Shown: positions 12,501-26,060, counted from the stretch's first letter. The stretch is 64,000 bases of DNA from Euglena gracilis (GCA_039621445.1 CP154954.1:48091847-48155846); one strand, 5' to 3'. The notes: generated by a model not told the origin, from the sequence alone. Numbers and translations are program-made.

Positions 12501-15500
12501 CCGAATAGTTGCCCCCAGGGGCTTCTATTCAGGGGGGGTTAAGTGACTGAGCGATTGTAGTGGGCTTGGGTCTCAGATGTCAGGATGCTGAACTTGACGC
12601 GCATTGTCTTGCCAAATGTTAGCCCACCTAGTGTGGAATATTTTCTGTGGAGATATAAACATATAAATATAAATTGTTCGACATTGGGGGGATTGACGGC
12701 GATGGCACTTGAACGAAACAGCAAACTGCTGCAGCTGCAGGATCTGATCCTGAGTCACAAAAGGCATACGATGGAACCAAAATGGCACGCCGATTTGACT
12801 GGTAAAGCCGCGTCAGCCAGCCCTGAGCCAACAGGTTTAACATCCCTTCCAGGCTGGAATGTGTGAAAAGGGACAAAAAAGACACGCAATAGGACGCTCT
12901 CAATCAAGTAATTATGGCAAACAACAACTGATGATTGGTCACCATTGCCACAAACATGAGCACATTTTCGAGCAATTTACTCACCAAACTCACAACGATC
13001 CAATCAGGCTTTTGCTTAAGGGATTGCAGTGCCCCCGGGGGGGGGGGGGCTGGACTGCAGCTAGTCCAAATCTGGCTAGTGGGATTTCTAGCAGACCCCC
13101 CCCCGGGGGGGTCTGCTAGCAGGGCTAGCTAGTGGAAAATTTTTTCCAGTGACCGGCGCGAAGCACCAGAAACTTTTTTTGGGAATTTTTGGAACAAAAT
13201 CAGCCAAAAACCTATTAAAAACCTCATTTCCACCTCGGCGCGCAGCGCTGGAGGAAAAAAAAGGAAAAAAACTGGAGGAAAAAAATTCCAGTTGGGGGGA
13301 CCCCCGGACCCCCCCCCGGGGGGGAGGGGGGTCTAGCTAGTCCATTTTTTCCAGTGTCTAGCCGATTGGCTAGCCAGTACCCGGGGGTCCTTAAGCAAAA
13401 GCCTGGATCCAATGTGACTTTCATGTTTTTCATCAGGCTGGTCTGAAAAATGAAATCCCGCAAATGAAAACAAGAATTTTTTGCAACACCCCTTGTGCAA
13501 AAGGCAAAATTTATTACCATTGTTGTCAAATATTCGACTGATAGATCAGGGGCAAACAAACAAATCAATGGAAAAGCTTGCACAGGCGTTCATCTTTTAA
13601 AGCCTGAACAAAGATCGTGGAACGTAAAAATGACAGGAAAATAATACTTCAGAAAAAGCAAATTTGGGAAGATTTCAATTTCGAAATTCAGATTTTGGGT
13701 GCAGAGTTGTAACTGCGCACACCATGCAGATCAGTCTGAATACCCTGCAACCCCGGGTCGGGGGTTGGGCAAAGTGGGCACCGTACACCGAAGAACCTTT
13801 GGACCCCGAAATTGACCCCAAAAGTGGTCCCCCAAGCCCCCCCCCCCCCCGAGACCTCCCCCCAGGGGTGGGTAGGTGGATCCCGACCCCCAAAAACAAA
13901 AAAACCTCTGCCCCGACGCCATCTACAAGCTTTACCTATTTTTCTCTTCATTTGGAGTTTTTTTGAAGGCTTTGGCACCATTTGAGCTTGTTTTGGAAGG
14001 CTTTGTAAGCCAATTAAATAGTTTTGTTTGTTTTGCTGTTGAACAACGACATCCACATGCACATATGAGTTGTACACATATGAGTGGTTTTATCACCAGA
14101 AACCCCCACCCGTCAGACCAACTGGCTGGGCGACTCACCAACCCCTCCCAACGCAAGTGATAATTTCCATTACGTTGATTCCCTGAACAGTGCAAAGGGA
14201 ATTTGGAGAGCTCTGGCACCTGAAGGTGGCACTGCTGCTGGTCTGGGGTGTCCGGGGGTGGCCCGCTGAACAGCGCCGGGGCGGCAGGCGGGGGCGGGGG
14301 CGGCGGGGGCGGGGCTGGCTGGGGGGCACTGGCCCCAGCCCCCTCCGCGAATGGCCAGGCAACGGGCCGGGGATTGCCCACTGAGAGAGAAGGGGCCGCG
14401 TGTGCATCGCCACGTAGTCTGTCTTTGTCCCCAGGGAAAACGACAGCCACCTTTCGGTGTAAGCCGTAACAGAGGGATGTGATGGGCACATAATACATGC
14501 ACAATGGCTAAATGCCCTGTTTGCTTTTGTCAACCATGATCACTCCACCCAGGGGTTTGTGTTTTAAGAATGGGGGGAGGGGGGTGTCACCCACCCACCC
14601 GCCCACCCCCTGGCCGGGGGGGGGGGGTTGGGGGACCCAACCCACTTTTCCCTGAAAAGGCCAAAAAATAACAAAAATGCTAAAAAAAGGCACCTCTTTC
14701 AAAAATTTTCGGTGCCTTTGGCGCCGAAAAGTATATCCCACCCCCTGGGGGGACCCCCCCCCGGGGGGGCTCGGCCAGACCCACCCCCCCACCCCCCCAG
14801 GGACCAAGACAAAAAAAAACCCCCTGACTCCAACAGAAGAGGGGAGCCAGCTCTTGGCAGCAGGGTCGGTAATTGTTTCCCAACATTTTGGATGAGTGTT
14901 CACAAAAATCAGAAAAAGCAAATTTTGATCGAAACTGTGTCAAATTGGAGGATTTGCCTTGAACTGGATTGTTGGACAAAGATTGCTCAAACCAGACAGA
15001 GGGAGTGCGGAGTGGAACTCATGGGCCAGCACCTTCAACGCTGGGGATGACGCGCATCTCCACCTCCACCGCCGCTGCGCGTTCTTCGGTGTGCAGCTGC
15101 GTCACGTCCTCCTCGGTCTTCAGCCGGATCTGCATGCCGCCGCTGCTGGGGGGCGGGGGGCGGGCGGGGGGGGGGGCTTGTTTGTGAAACAGCACTCCGA
15201 CACCATCAGGGGGGGGGGGACTTTGATGCGAATTCGGCGTGGGAGAACCCGAACGTGCAGAAAACTGGGCACTGCGGTTTGGTTGCGGCCGTGGGGCCCA
15301 CCCAGCCAGGAATTCCTGGAAAAGAAAGGGGGGGGGTGCCCTGCCGTGTGTCAGCCAGTGGACCGGGATACCCTAAGTGTTGTGCCTGCCCTCCAACTGG
15401 TGGGCAGCAGGGGGGCAGGGCCACACGGTGGGTATGCCAGCTCGCAAGGACAAATTCCTTCGGTACTGAAGGCATCTGAAGGATCCCCGTTGAAAGTTCT

Positions 15501-18500
15501 GAAAAAGAAAAAAGAAAACCTGGCGCGGGGGGAGCCCAACCCACCCCACCCACTAATGGATATTCAATGGACAACCCCCTTCATACCCCCCCCAAGGGGC
15601 TCAGGGTCAGCTCTGGGGGGGGGGGGGTGAACACATTGCTGTGTTTCGGCATGGAATTTGACACCAAAGAGAACAGGAGGAAAAGCCTGGCAAGGAGGCA
15701 CTGGGGGTAGAGGTGGCTGCACTTCTTCCACAGGCGCAGCCATGATGCGGTCCACAGTCTGGGAGAAAGCGAATGCAATTCATACAGTTCATACAACAAA
15801 AAACAAAAAAAAATGCAAAAGCTACAAAAAACTGTAATAAAAACAAACAATAATAATGATAATTATGAATATGATAAAAAAAAATGAAAAATGATAAATA
15901 ATGATAAATATGAATATGATAAAAAATGAAAATGATAAATTCAAAAAAGATGCCCATCACCGATGCAAACCCAATCCAAACTAATCCATCCCAATCCACG
16001 CCAATCCACATTGCTAACCTCACCATTGAGATAAAATCAAAACACTTTCCACCCCTTTCAGAACGAAGACTGGTAATCTACTTGGGCTGTTAGCCCCTCT
16101 CAAATACAGAGGACATGAAACAGTGAGCTTTGCCCTTCCCCCAACCCCAATGTTCACATGGCATGGATGTGCGGTGGGCAACATGCCTGGCCGGCCCATG
16201 CCGCCACACCTCTTCTTCGCGCGGAGGAGGGTTGGCGGCCTTGGGGGCGGGTCGGCGGTCTTCGGTCAGCCGCCGCACGCCACTCCGCCGCATTTCGGCG
16301 TCCGCCACGCGGCGCTGCAGCTCGTCCCTCTCCCTCTCCAGCTGGAGAAGCTGTAGGCGGCGCCAGGGCGTCGCGTTCCACCACAACCCGTACCCCCAAG
16401 CAGGCTTCTTTTGAAGACTTCCCCAGGGGTTCCCCACCCAGCCTGGCTCAAGACACCCTTTTAATACAAAAAAGGTTTCTTGTTTGTTTATTTTTTTAAT
16501 GCCAGCGCGGACTTCGCATCTGGCCGGGTGTGTTCCGTGTGGTGAGTGAACATGCGCGCGCACAGGGGAGGGGGTCTTACAAGCCAAAAAAAAGGGCCTG
16601 CCCCCAAGTCCCTGCAACGTCTCTGAGTCCCGGTAACGTGCGCCCTCGGCAATGATGTTTGCCCGCCTGCGGGCAAACATCAACCAATGCCATTTCTGCA
16701 AAAAACCCAGGGGTATCTGAGGCACACTGCGTCGGTAGTGCATTTTGGGGGGGGAAAACAAGCAGTCCAGGGCGAAGGAGGGTTCCTCCAGAGTCCGTTG
16801 GGGGCCCACCCACCACTGGGTACACGGCGTCCCCTTTGGCAATGTCCCGGGCGGTGCCGCTCCTGCAGCAGGGCCAGCTCGGGGTCAACCGCCAGCAGGG
16901 AGGAGGAGGGGGGCGGAACCGGGGGGAGCGGGAGGGCCCCGTCCCCGACAGCAAACGGCGAGGGGCGTCGCAGGCCGGGGTCGGAGGGAGGCACAAGGCA
17001 CAGGAGAAGCCGGATGTGGGGCGGACTTTCTCCCTCGCAACAAATGAACGTCCACTTTCTGAGCAAAAGCCATATTTCTTGTCCATTGGATGGCGGTCCA
17101 CCACAGCTTGGCTTGCCATGCGTTGAACTGGAAAACACTGTTTTTTTTTTTTTTTCCCACCAACCCAGATTGGCCCAGATTGCCTGAATGGTGCTGCACT
17201 GAGAGGTGCACTGGGGGACCCGGGGGCAGGGGGGGAGGCGTCGGTGGGAGTGGTGCTCCGTAGTCTCGCAGGCTGGGGGGAGGCAGCGGCCGGTCGCAGC
17301 CAAGGCTTCCTGTTTGCCACCAGAGGCCAGGCTGGGCGGGGCGGGGTGGGCCCCAGGCCCTCGCTCCGGAAGGCGGCGGTGGGGGTGGCATGGGGGGCAG
17401 CGGTGGGGCGGTGCCAGGGGTGGGCGCGCCCTCGTCCACCAGGGCCGGGGCAAGCCGGGGCACACCGAACGGAGTGGGCGACCCGGAATGCAACAGCGTT
17501 CGGAACGTTCTGTGCTCTGACTCGCCGGAGGTTCGGCACTGGCAATGCGGCGGCCCAGCAATGTCAACGGCGGCCAAATCCTCCACGTCTATTGCACCCA
17601 GCGATCACACATCAGTTGGGCAGGTGAGTGGGAGAATTGATGGCCTCTCTCAAAGGCGAAGATGCAATTGGAAGTTGGTCATTCCAACGATGACGTGTCG
17701 GACCTCATACACAGCAAGGGGGTGGCGGGTTTCTGGCAGAGAATCCTGTGCCACAGCCAGGCCACAAGGTCCTCTGGGGGTTTCGGCAACGTCGACGCCA
17801 GACTGACGAGGTCGTCGGGAGGGTGGGGTTGGGGCCCTGAAAAGAGGTGCCCCATTCAGCGAAAAGGCGCCTGTCCCGGGGCAAGAGTTATATGATTCAA
17901 CCCTGTCTGTCGACATATTTACAGCATTGATGAACAGAAGCATAAAGGGTTTTGGGAGATGGCCTTTTTGCCAAGCTAATTTTGTAGATCCGGTTGGCCC
18001 CTGGTCGGGCCTGGTTCTAGCTGACATATGTAACAAAAAAGGGGTGCCCATTCAGAAATCATTTGCAAAAGAGTATTCTGTGACACACATCAAAACCACG
18101 AGATAACATTTTGGGTCATCCGCAGGGTTTGATATAAGGACAGGTGGGGGGGTGGTCCGGACCCCCCCCCCCCTGCGGGCCAGGAGGGGGGGTGGGGGGG
18201 ACACCCCCCACCTAAACCATGTACGCCCTCCTTATATCAAACCCTGGTCATCCGGTTGCCCCAATAAAAAAAAACAGAAGACCACTTTTGAACCTTTTAG
18301 TCAAATCATCACATACAGTATGAGACAAGGCCATTTTCTTCAAAGCATGCATTCTCATCTTTAGTTGCCACCAATGCAACTGGAAAACCTCCAAGACAAG
18401 GGAAAATGGATAAAAACTTCAACTGGAAAGCAAAAAAAAAGAACATACGATCTCGTGGAGGAGAATGCTGCATGCGAGCTGCTCCTCCGACTGGCCCAGC

Positions 18501-21500
18501 GTCATGAGCTGCATGCTCTAAAGGTCGCATAAAAAAAGCAGAATATTACATTGAAAGATGTAATCTGCAATTCAAAACCTTCACAGAGCTGCCATTATTG
18601 GAAGACAACTGAAACATGAATGAGCAACAATGAATCTCAAATCAGAGAAACAGTGGGGCAGGGGGGTTCATTTAGGGGGAGGGGGTACGTCAAAAAGAAT
18701 TTTTTTCAGCAAGCCCGGTCCTATGAAACACCCGCCCCACATTCAACAAGCTGAGCCCTGCTAATCATATATGAAACATATAACAGCATTGAGACTTTGT
18801 GAAAATAACACACACACACACACAGGGGTTGGTGCTTATCCATCGTTGGGGGTCAAATCCTCATCCATAGTCATCCATAGTTGTCCATAATTATCTGTAA
18901 TTATTTGTAATTGCAAAAACGCTTGTAACCCCCCTGATAAGTGCACAGTGCCCTAATTATGTGAGGTGCCCCAATTAATGCGCACCACCAAAGGGTCCCA
19001 AACTACCTCCCTAAAAAGTGCATGCCCCCAAAGGAGAAACTGTTGCCACATCAGGTCAGAGCACACACAATTATGCTGACTTTAAGTTCCTTCTCAATAC
19101 TGTCTTCCTCAGACCAAATACTTCTATCATCTGAGCCCAAATTTGACACATAGTCACCTGACTCATTGCTTGACATCACAAGAACAGGAAAAACTGTTCA
19201 AGAGTGGTGGAAAATTTATTATTTTGTGCCTTGCCGTGAGCAGTGCCCCAATGAGTGCACGCACCCCTGCAGGGTACGAAACTATGTCCTTAAAATACGC
19301 GCACCCGTGCACTTTTTAGGGGGGAGGTTATTGACTGGGCCAGACACCCAAAAAAAATGCAATGAAATGCAATGAGGAAAAGCAGATTAAATGCAACTTC
19401 TGAGACGTCCAAATACCAATCAAAAGAATTTGACTGGCATCCAAATGCTGATGTGCACGATGCATGAAACACCTCCCGTCCTCTCAGTCAAAAGCCCTCC
19501 TCAGTTATGCCAGACCCCATATCCATAGTTATCCACATTTATCCATACATATCCATATTTATCCGTAGTTTATCCATGGTCATCCGTATTTCGGGTTTCG
19601 CACTTCTCCGTTCTTATCTGTAGTTATCCAGAGTTATCCATTTCAGGATAAGCACGGATCCTGAATCACAGATGCCATACATACATACATACATACATAC
19701 ATACATACATACATACATACATACATACATACATACATACATACATACATACATACATACATACATACATACATACACATATATATGGCAGGCGGGTAGC
19801 AGGGGGGGCCCCTGGGAGGGCCCTGCTACCTACGACCCTGCACTGGGTTGTTGGGGATACTGAAGGAGTGGGGTTTGGGTCCCGGCTGGCCGGCCTCTCC
19901 GGGACGCACATCCCCCCCCCCCCCGCCCGCGCCCTCCCTTGGGCCATGCTGTGCGATTCCCAAAGGCGGCATACAGGCAGGGGTAAAGAAAGATAAAGGC
20001 CGCCGACGGTCGGCCCCCACAAGGCCTGTGTGGTGACCCCAACAGTGGCAATGTTCAGTCCTGGGGGGGAGCACGCGCGGCAGAGGCCAAACATTGTGGG
20101 GAGGGGATGTGCGTCCCGGAGAGGCAGGCCAGCCGGGACCCAAACCCCACTCCTTCAGTAACCCCAACACCCCAGTGCAGGGTCGTGGGTAGCAGGGAGG
20201 CCCCCCCCCGGGGGGGCCTGCTACCCGCCTGCCATATATATATATATATATACATATATATATTTTTTTAATATATATATATATATACACACACACCATT
20301 TTTGATATTTTGGGAGAACTGGGTATTTGGAAGGGTGCATTGGATCGTTTTGGGGATCTGATTTTGGAGATCTGCTTTGATCAACAATTCCTTGATGTAA
20401 GGAACTGTTGGCCCTTTGGCCCTTTGTCCCTTTGGCTGATAAACCAAACCAGATCCCACCAACCCCAGGGGTTCATGAATGGTGGGTTTATCCACTTGGA
20501 AATGAAGGCATTGCATACCAATCGTTCGTCCGACTTTGAGAAGATGGGGGATCCCTAGTATGGATATTCATGGATATGAAACTGACATTGCTGTCTTTCT
20601 GTGGCAACCATGCAGAAAAAATCTTGCAACCCCACCTTGATAATTGTTCAATCATTTGTGAGGAAGGATTGACAAAAAAAAACTGCGCTTTTTGTGGCAT
20701 TTTTGCCGCACACTCCCCCCTGAATTCAGCTTGATGTGGCGTGCCCAAAGCGCGTGAGGAGCGACGATGGACCTGTCTGGCAAAAGGCCTCTTCGTTTCC
20801 TTGCCGTCCACGCTCCCGACTTTTCTTCTCTTTCTCCTGCTGGGCTGCCCGAGCTGCCTCCTCTTTGATGCGTTGGAAGACCTCCGGAGGGAAGACGGCC
20901 ATCTCCGCCCACGTCCGCAGGAGTTTTGCATACTTCTGCTGATTGGACCCTGCGGTGGCACAGAGATGCCACCCCGGAAAGACCACTGGACAGCTCTCGT
21001 ACTGACCCTGGCCCTCTGGGTACCTGTTATTTGGCAATGTGGAAAACCTTGGTGCCCTGTTTGCTTCCCTAAAAAAGATATTTCCCAATATTGTGGAACC
21101 AATAGAAGCGTGGGACCACCACAAGTCTGCCCTCGGTCCGGTCCACCGCGCGCGCACCCCCAATTTTAATGGGAAGCCTCCAGAAATAAACAGAAATCAA
21201 ACAGGTCCAAAAAAGGTATCAAACAGGTCCAAAAAATAGAAACACAACTCCCGCTGCTGAAAGCGGCGGTCTGCCATCAATGCACCAGCACTTTAATTCA
21301 GAGACGGGGATTATAAATGGCAATGCTCTTTCGGAAGGATCACAAACAATATCCCCTCTGGGCGATGTGTGGGAACCAAAAATGACTCAGGATTGGAAAA
21401 CGTCCAGAAATGAATATTTTGCGAAAGCAAATAATGCATTTATCTCAAACTGTATTGCAAGGAATTCACATCTGGATATTTTCTTCTGACTTTCCGCTTG

Positions 21501-22359
21501 GCGTGTTTAGAATTCGAACCTACTCAATGCACCCATTCTCTTTGTGCTTGCAGTCCGACATCTTGAAGCTCCTCACAAAGGTGGTACGTAACACAGAAGA
21601 CATGACAGGAAGTCTTCCAAAAGAAAAAAACGACAATTTTCCTTTGCCGTCATTTGTCCAGAGTGCAATAGTTGGAGGTGAGCTGAATTTGATTTGTGGT
21701 GGGAGTTATTGAGATTAAAGCATTGGGAAATCCACAACTGCTTACAGCTGTTTGAATTTTGAATTGAGTCCCTTTGGCTGTGCTGCCAATTTGTTAAGTT
21801 TAACAACTCTTTTAAATGGTCTTGCCTCACTTCATGATCTAAAGGCCTCGAGGCTCTTTGATCGAATCCACCTGGTCTTTGAAAAAAGCACGTTCCAGAA
21901 TGTGTTGAAGGCCATGTATGTGTTGTTTGACATTTGAAATCGTTTCAGGCATCCAGCACGCCTCTCTTGGTGAACATCACTCAGCAGACCGCATTCAACC
22001 CAGGGAACTTGATACTTTGTGGGAAAATTCGCCACCCTTATACATACATATTTTGTGGATCACTTCCTTTTTATGTCCACTGAACCAGGCTCAACTAAAA
22101 TGGAATATGGCATGCGGACTGATGTGTGATTTCGGTGATTTTTTTTTAATTCATTTGTAAATCCCTTGTTTTGCTTCAAACACATGCTGCAGATGTCACG
22201 AATGATCACGCTTTCTGAACAAATGGTTTCACGGTATTTTGCCAAGAAGCTGGCCCCCTGCCACAGAGCCAACTGTTCACTCCCGACATCTCTGTCGACG
22301 GCCATCTCATTCAAAATGCAACACCCGGTGTGGTGCCCTCTTTCCGCCGAGGTCATCAT
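4362..22359 (-). CDS. Multi-exon gene (possibly more than one): CID-like helix, acidic/coiled segments and an RS-rich region; putative RNA-processing factor; probably continues below 4362
   Basis: Minus-strand exon-like blocks at ~22190-22359, ~20780-20950 (QQKYAKLLRTWAEMAVFPPEVFQRIKEE), ~16210-16355 (LQLERERDELQRRVADAE), ~15720-15758, ~15045-15145 (MQIRLKTEEDVTQL), ~9420-9570, ~8920-9085, 6309-6458 (SRSRSKSRS), 5367-5439 and 4362-4435. Only some junctions were resolved. Confidence 0.55.
4442..5363. mobile_element. CAG...CTG MITE with TSD, coinciding with an intron (4436-5366, - strand); contains nested elements
   Basis: Termini CAGGGACTGTTTTAA / TTAAAAAAAAATCCCTG; flanks CTTGGGGGC and CTTGGGGC; coding exons abut both sides. 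Confidence 0.75.
5440..6308 (-). other. Conventional GT-AG intron
   Basis: CG|GTGTGT ... TTTGCAG|G joins RSR to QSRPH in frame. Confidence 0.7.
6309..6458 (-). CDS. RS-rich exon SQAFRRLGDKASSPAAQRTQSRSRSKSRSRSKSRSKSRSRSKGSHSTRSR
   Basis: Preceded by a (TC)n tract and TTTCAG acceptor; followed by a GTGTGT donor. Confidence 0.75.
6470..6512. repeat. (GA)n microsatellite; polypyrimidine tract on the - strand
   Basis: Direct observation; immediately upstream of the AG acceptor. Confidence 0.95.
6578..7062. mobile_element. Degenerate CAG-type MITE; related copies near 26.3-26.75, 49.7-50.1 and 53.9-54.3 kb
   Basis: CAGGGGTTTTCT / AGAAAACCCCT termini; shared GGGGTCCAGCCAGC and TTTTCCAGCCGG motifs; partial TSD. 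Confidence 0.65.
11985..12541. mobile_element. MITE-like element with ACCCCCCCTGAATAGA TIR
   Basis: Inverted termini, CCCCCGAATAG subterminal repeats, AGTGACT on both flanks; boundaries approximate. Confidence 0.6.
13005..13405. mobile_element. hAT-like MITE, TIR CAGGCTTTTGCTTAAGG, 8-bp TSD GATCCAAT
   Basis: Perfect 17-bp TIR and exact 8-bp direct repeat. Confidence 0.9.
14550..14826. mobile_element. hAT-like MITE, TIR CAGGGGTTT, TSD ACTCCACC/ACTCCAAC
   Basis: TIR and 7/8 TSD; inverted relative of 58331-58638. Confidence 0.8.
15759..16209 (-). other. Candidate conventional GT-AG intron
   Basis: GAG|GTGTGG ... TTTCTCCCAG|ACT; in-frame REEE-TVDRIM. Confidence 0.55.
16401..16600. mobile_element. 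hAT-like MITE, TSD CCCCCAAG
   Basis: CAGGCTTCTTTT / AAAAGGGCCTG termini and exact 8-bp direct repeat. Confidence 0.8.
18123..18246. mobile_element. hAT-like MITE, TIR CAGGGTTTGATATAAGGA, TSD GTCATCCG
   Basis: Perfect 18-bp TIR and exact 8-bp TSD; internally deleted relative of 52702-53107. Confidence 0.9.
18823..19663. mobile_element. CAG...CTG TIR element with subterminal TATCCAT-like repeats
   Basis: CAGGGGTTGGTGCTTATCC / GGATAAGCACGGATCCTG; TSD not clear. Confidence 0.6.
19676..19786. repeat. (CATA)n microsatellite
   Basis: Direct observation. Confidence 0.95.
19787..20233. mobile_element. Foldback MITE with GGCA...TGCC ends, inserted in a TA-rich microsatellite
   Basis: GGCAGGCGGGTAGCAGG / CCTGCTACCCGCCTGCC; inverted arms over 100 bp; (CATA)n and (TA)n flanks. 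Confidence 0.85.
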
Positions 22360-22661
22360 TGTAGTGCATTCTGGTGTAATTCCAGCGCTGTAGGGACATA
22401 CACTCACACCTTGTGTGGTTGGTGTGGTTGGTGTGGTCTGAGCCCCCCCCCCCCCCAGGGCACTGGGTCCTGGGCAGGGGTTGGACGAGAATCAAAAGAA
22501 AAAGTTTTCCTCTTCCTCAATGCTTTGTGCCAGAGAATTTCAGACCCATCCTCCCCTCCCCCTTCATTCAGTATTGCCTTTCTTTAAAGCACCTTGGGCA
22601 AGTGGCGGCTTCACGATCTTGGGCATTTTGCGGCTGCTGATTTTGCGGTATCGGCCCAACA

Positions 22662-22705
22662 ATGTCAGCCGAGGCAGCGTCTGAAGGGGCATCTCCGTAT
22701 GTGGA
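22662..22705 (+). CDS. Probable first coding exon [14 protein letters not shown](D)
   Basis: Removing 22706-22803 (GCAGCC...GGCTGC stem) joins it in frame to exon 22804-22901 ([33 protein letters not shown]). Confidence 0.6.
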
Positions 22706-25055
22706 CTGCAGCCTCCACCTGCCTCCAAAAAATGAAAAGCAATCAAACATGTTTATTGTGTATGAATCGGGATGGAAGGTCGCTGTCCACCTGGGCTGCC
22801 ACTCACAGGCCCCGGCCCGGGCAAGGGCTCCCCCGGCGACACGGAGCACCTGCTGCGCCACCTGGCGGTGACCACGGAGCAGAATGCGGCGTTGGCCTCA
22901 GAGCCAGACGATTGCTTGCCGTGGGCCTGCCCCATGCCGCGGGGAATTGCGCAGGTCCACAACAACGTGGCAAGTGGAATCACCTGAATTATCACGCTTG
23001 GCCACATCAACAATCGTTTCACACATGAACAATCTTTTCACAAAGAATAACTGAAATTGTTTACACAATCATTTAGAATGGATCACGCACTATCACGAAT
23101 TGGCCTCGTTTTGGTAAAAACAGTTCTTTTCAGTAAAAGCATGCCAAATCGTGCAACAGGACACCAAACCACGTAAATCACACACAAAAATGTACAGGAA
23201 TGTTGGTCAGAATGTGTTCACCCTCAAGGAAATTTTCATTTCTTATTGAGGAAACCGCTTTTTTATTTTAGTTTGGTTGCTTGAGTTGTGGGTCAGGGAC
23301 TGCCAAAGTCCCCGATAGTTTAAAATGGAGAAGTTGAGGGACATTGTTTTTGCCAGTGGGAGTACTGCAGTACTCCCCATAGCATTCCCACACTGTACGT
23401 GTTTGTGTTGCTCGAACCACACCAATAATAATAATTCGCCTCAATCCCAAGTTTCTTTCTTCTCTCAAGCCAGGGAAGGTGTATATGCACTGAAAATTAT
23501 CAGAATTATCAGCACGCCAGTGATCCACGTGCATTGCTTATTAATTTTCAGCCTCGCACATCAGAGATCATGCCATAGTATTTTGAAAAAATTAATGTTC
23601 TGAATGATATACTTGTAGCAAAATTAACCCCCCCACCCCACTTAGAAGCCCCCCGGGGCTACTATTCGCTCACTCTGCGGAAAACCCGAGGGGGGGGGCT
23701 TCTAATTGGGTACCCTTTAGCCCCCCCCCCCCCATTTGAAACCCCCCCCCCCAGGTTTCCCGCCAAAAATCCAAATAACAGCCCCCCCCCCCCCCGGCGA
23801 AGCCGGGGGGAAAATTTGACGCAAAAATTTCCGGAAAATGGTGAAAAACTCGAAAATTCTCCACAAAAAAAGGTCGACATTGGGAACAAAAGTGATATCT
23901 GGTATCCTTGAAACATGGCCTATCCACCCAAAAACTAGAATAAATGCGTTCTGCAATTTTTTAAACTTGGACCCCGTTCGATCCCCGGATCGACCGCCGG
24001 CCGAAGGTTTTCCCTTTAGACAAAGTTATTTGGGGGGGGGGCTTCTAATTGGGGGGGTTTATACAAGTTTTTTCGTTTTTCTGCAAAACTGGAATTTTTT
24101 GTCTTGGCAAAAAGTCGCGTACAGCTACCTCCCCCCCCCCCCCCCGGGCGCTTGGCCCCGGGGCGTTTGGCCCCTCTCCTCCTGAAATGCAATTTTGGCC
24201 CCCCTACAGTTGGCCTTCAATTTTGCACATGGCCGCCAAAATTCTTAACATGCAAATTTGGCCCCTTAAGGTTGGCCTCCTGGCCTTACCTTCATTTGTG
24301 GCCCTTTGGCCCGGGCCACAAATGAAGGTAAGGCACTTGGCAGTTGGCCCGGGGAGGGGTGGGAGAGGTAACCCATGCAAAATCATGTGAACTCATGTGT
24401 GTAATTTTTGGTCGCTGGGTTTTTTTATTTGCACCGAGAAGATGGAGGTGAGGTTGGCCAGGATCGCCGAAAGTGTCAAACAGACAAGGAACTTCCTCAT
24501 TGACGCCGTCGAATTTGGGCAACTTCATCCAGACTGGACTGAGGTTGTTTTTGGGCCAGGATCCAAAACAATCCCCTCAGGGGGGTTGTGCCTGCCATGG
24601 GTCCCCTTAGAACAAGGCACCCCCCCCCCCCCCCACCGACCTTGGCGTTGGTGAAAAGAGGCCTGGTGGTGGCAGGGTCGGGTCTGAAGTGAAAATCTGA
24701 AGTTTTCACTAGGACACTCCTCGGGAGGCTGTCAGCAAAGCATTGGTATGGCCCGAGCTCGACGCGCTGCAGCGGAAGCTGGAGCAGTGCGGCCGGGACG
24801 CCGCCGACTTCCGGCGGTCCGTCAGCCGCGGGGGGCGGCAGACCCCGGGGGCGGCGGGGCCCCCGGAGGCCGCGCCGCAGACCGACGACGAAGGCGCCAC
24901 CCCAGCCTGGGCCAGCCACGGGTCTGTTTGCTATGGGCACTTGTTGCCCTCGTGTCCTGATTCCCCTTGGAAGGAAGAAAAGCAAAAGCAAACAGACAAA
25001 CAGACAAACAAGCAAACAAACAAGCAACCAAACAGACAGACATACAAAAATGCAA

Positions 25056-25115
<60 letters not shown>

Positions 25116-25668
25116 GCAAATAAATTAACACGCACGCAAACAAACAAACAGTTAAACAAACTTTTATTTTATTTTTTTGGCATGATTTGATGTTTTTTGT
25201 GTTCGCCGTCACCCCACCCCGTCCATCATCACAAACCGCCCCGTGTGCCGCCCTCTCCCGCCCCCCCGTCGCACCGGCCCCACCGCCCCTGCCGGACGCC
25301 GTCGCCTCCGCGGAGGCCCTCGCCGCACACCACACGCTGCAGTGGCAGAGCGCGGCACAGGGCGTCGCGGCGGCGGCGGCGGCGGCGGACCGGGAGGCAG
25401 CGGCGCGGCGGGGCGAGCGGCCGGCGGCGGCGCTGCGCCAGGCGGAGGAGGAGTGCCGCGACCTGCGGTCCGCCCTGCAGCGGCTGCAGCGCGACGCGGG
25501 CGTGGCGGCGGAGCCAGGGCTGGCGATGCCGATCCTGCCATGGCCGTGCCGCCGGCCCTCCGGCTGTCTGCTGGGGGTCCACACACCAATTGTATATTCA
25601 ATATGTATATATATATACATGTACATATACATATACATATACATACATATATATATATAATATATATA

Positions 25669-25712
<44 letters not shown>

Positions 25713-26013
25713 AGTGTTAAGTTTAGGGCCCCCCCGGGGGGGGTACGAAGCTTGACACCGGGGTGGGCACCCCCTTAATGAAAGGTATAGGGTTAGGTGC
25801 GCACATGCTAATTTAAGTTAAATGGCTGCGTTGCGCTAATAGGCTATGTTGTGAAACAGTGTCGATTAGCGCAACATAGACAAATAGAGAAAATTAGCAT
25901 GTGTGCACCTAACCCTATACCTTCAATAACGGGGGTGCCCAACCCGGTGTCAAGTTTAGTACCCCCCCGGGGGGTACTAAACGTAACACTTGCCATATAT
26001 ATGTACATATATG

Positions 26014-26060
<47 letters not shown>

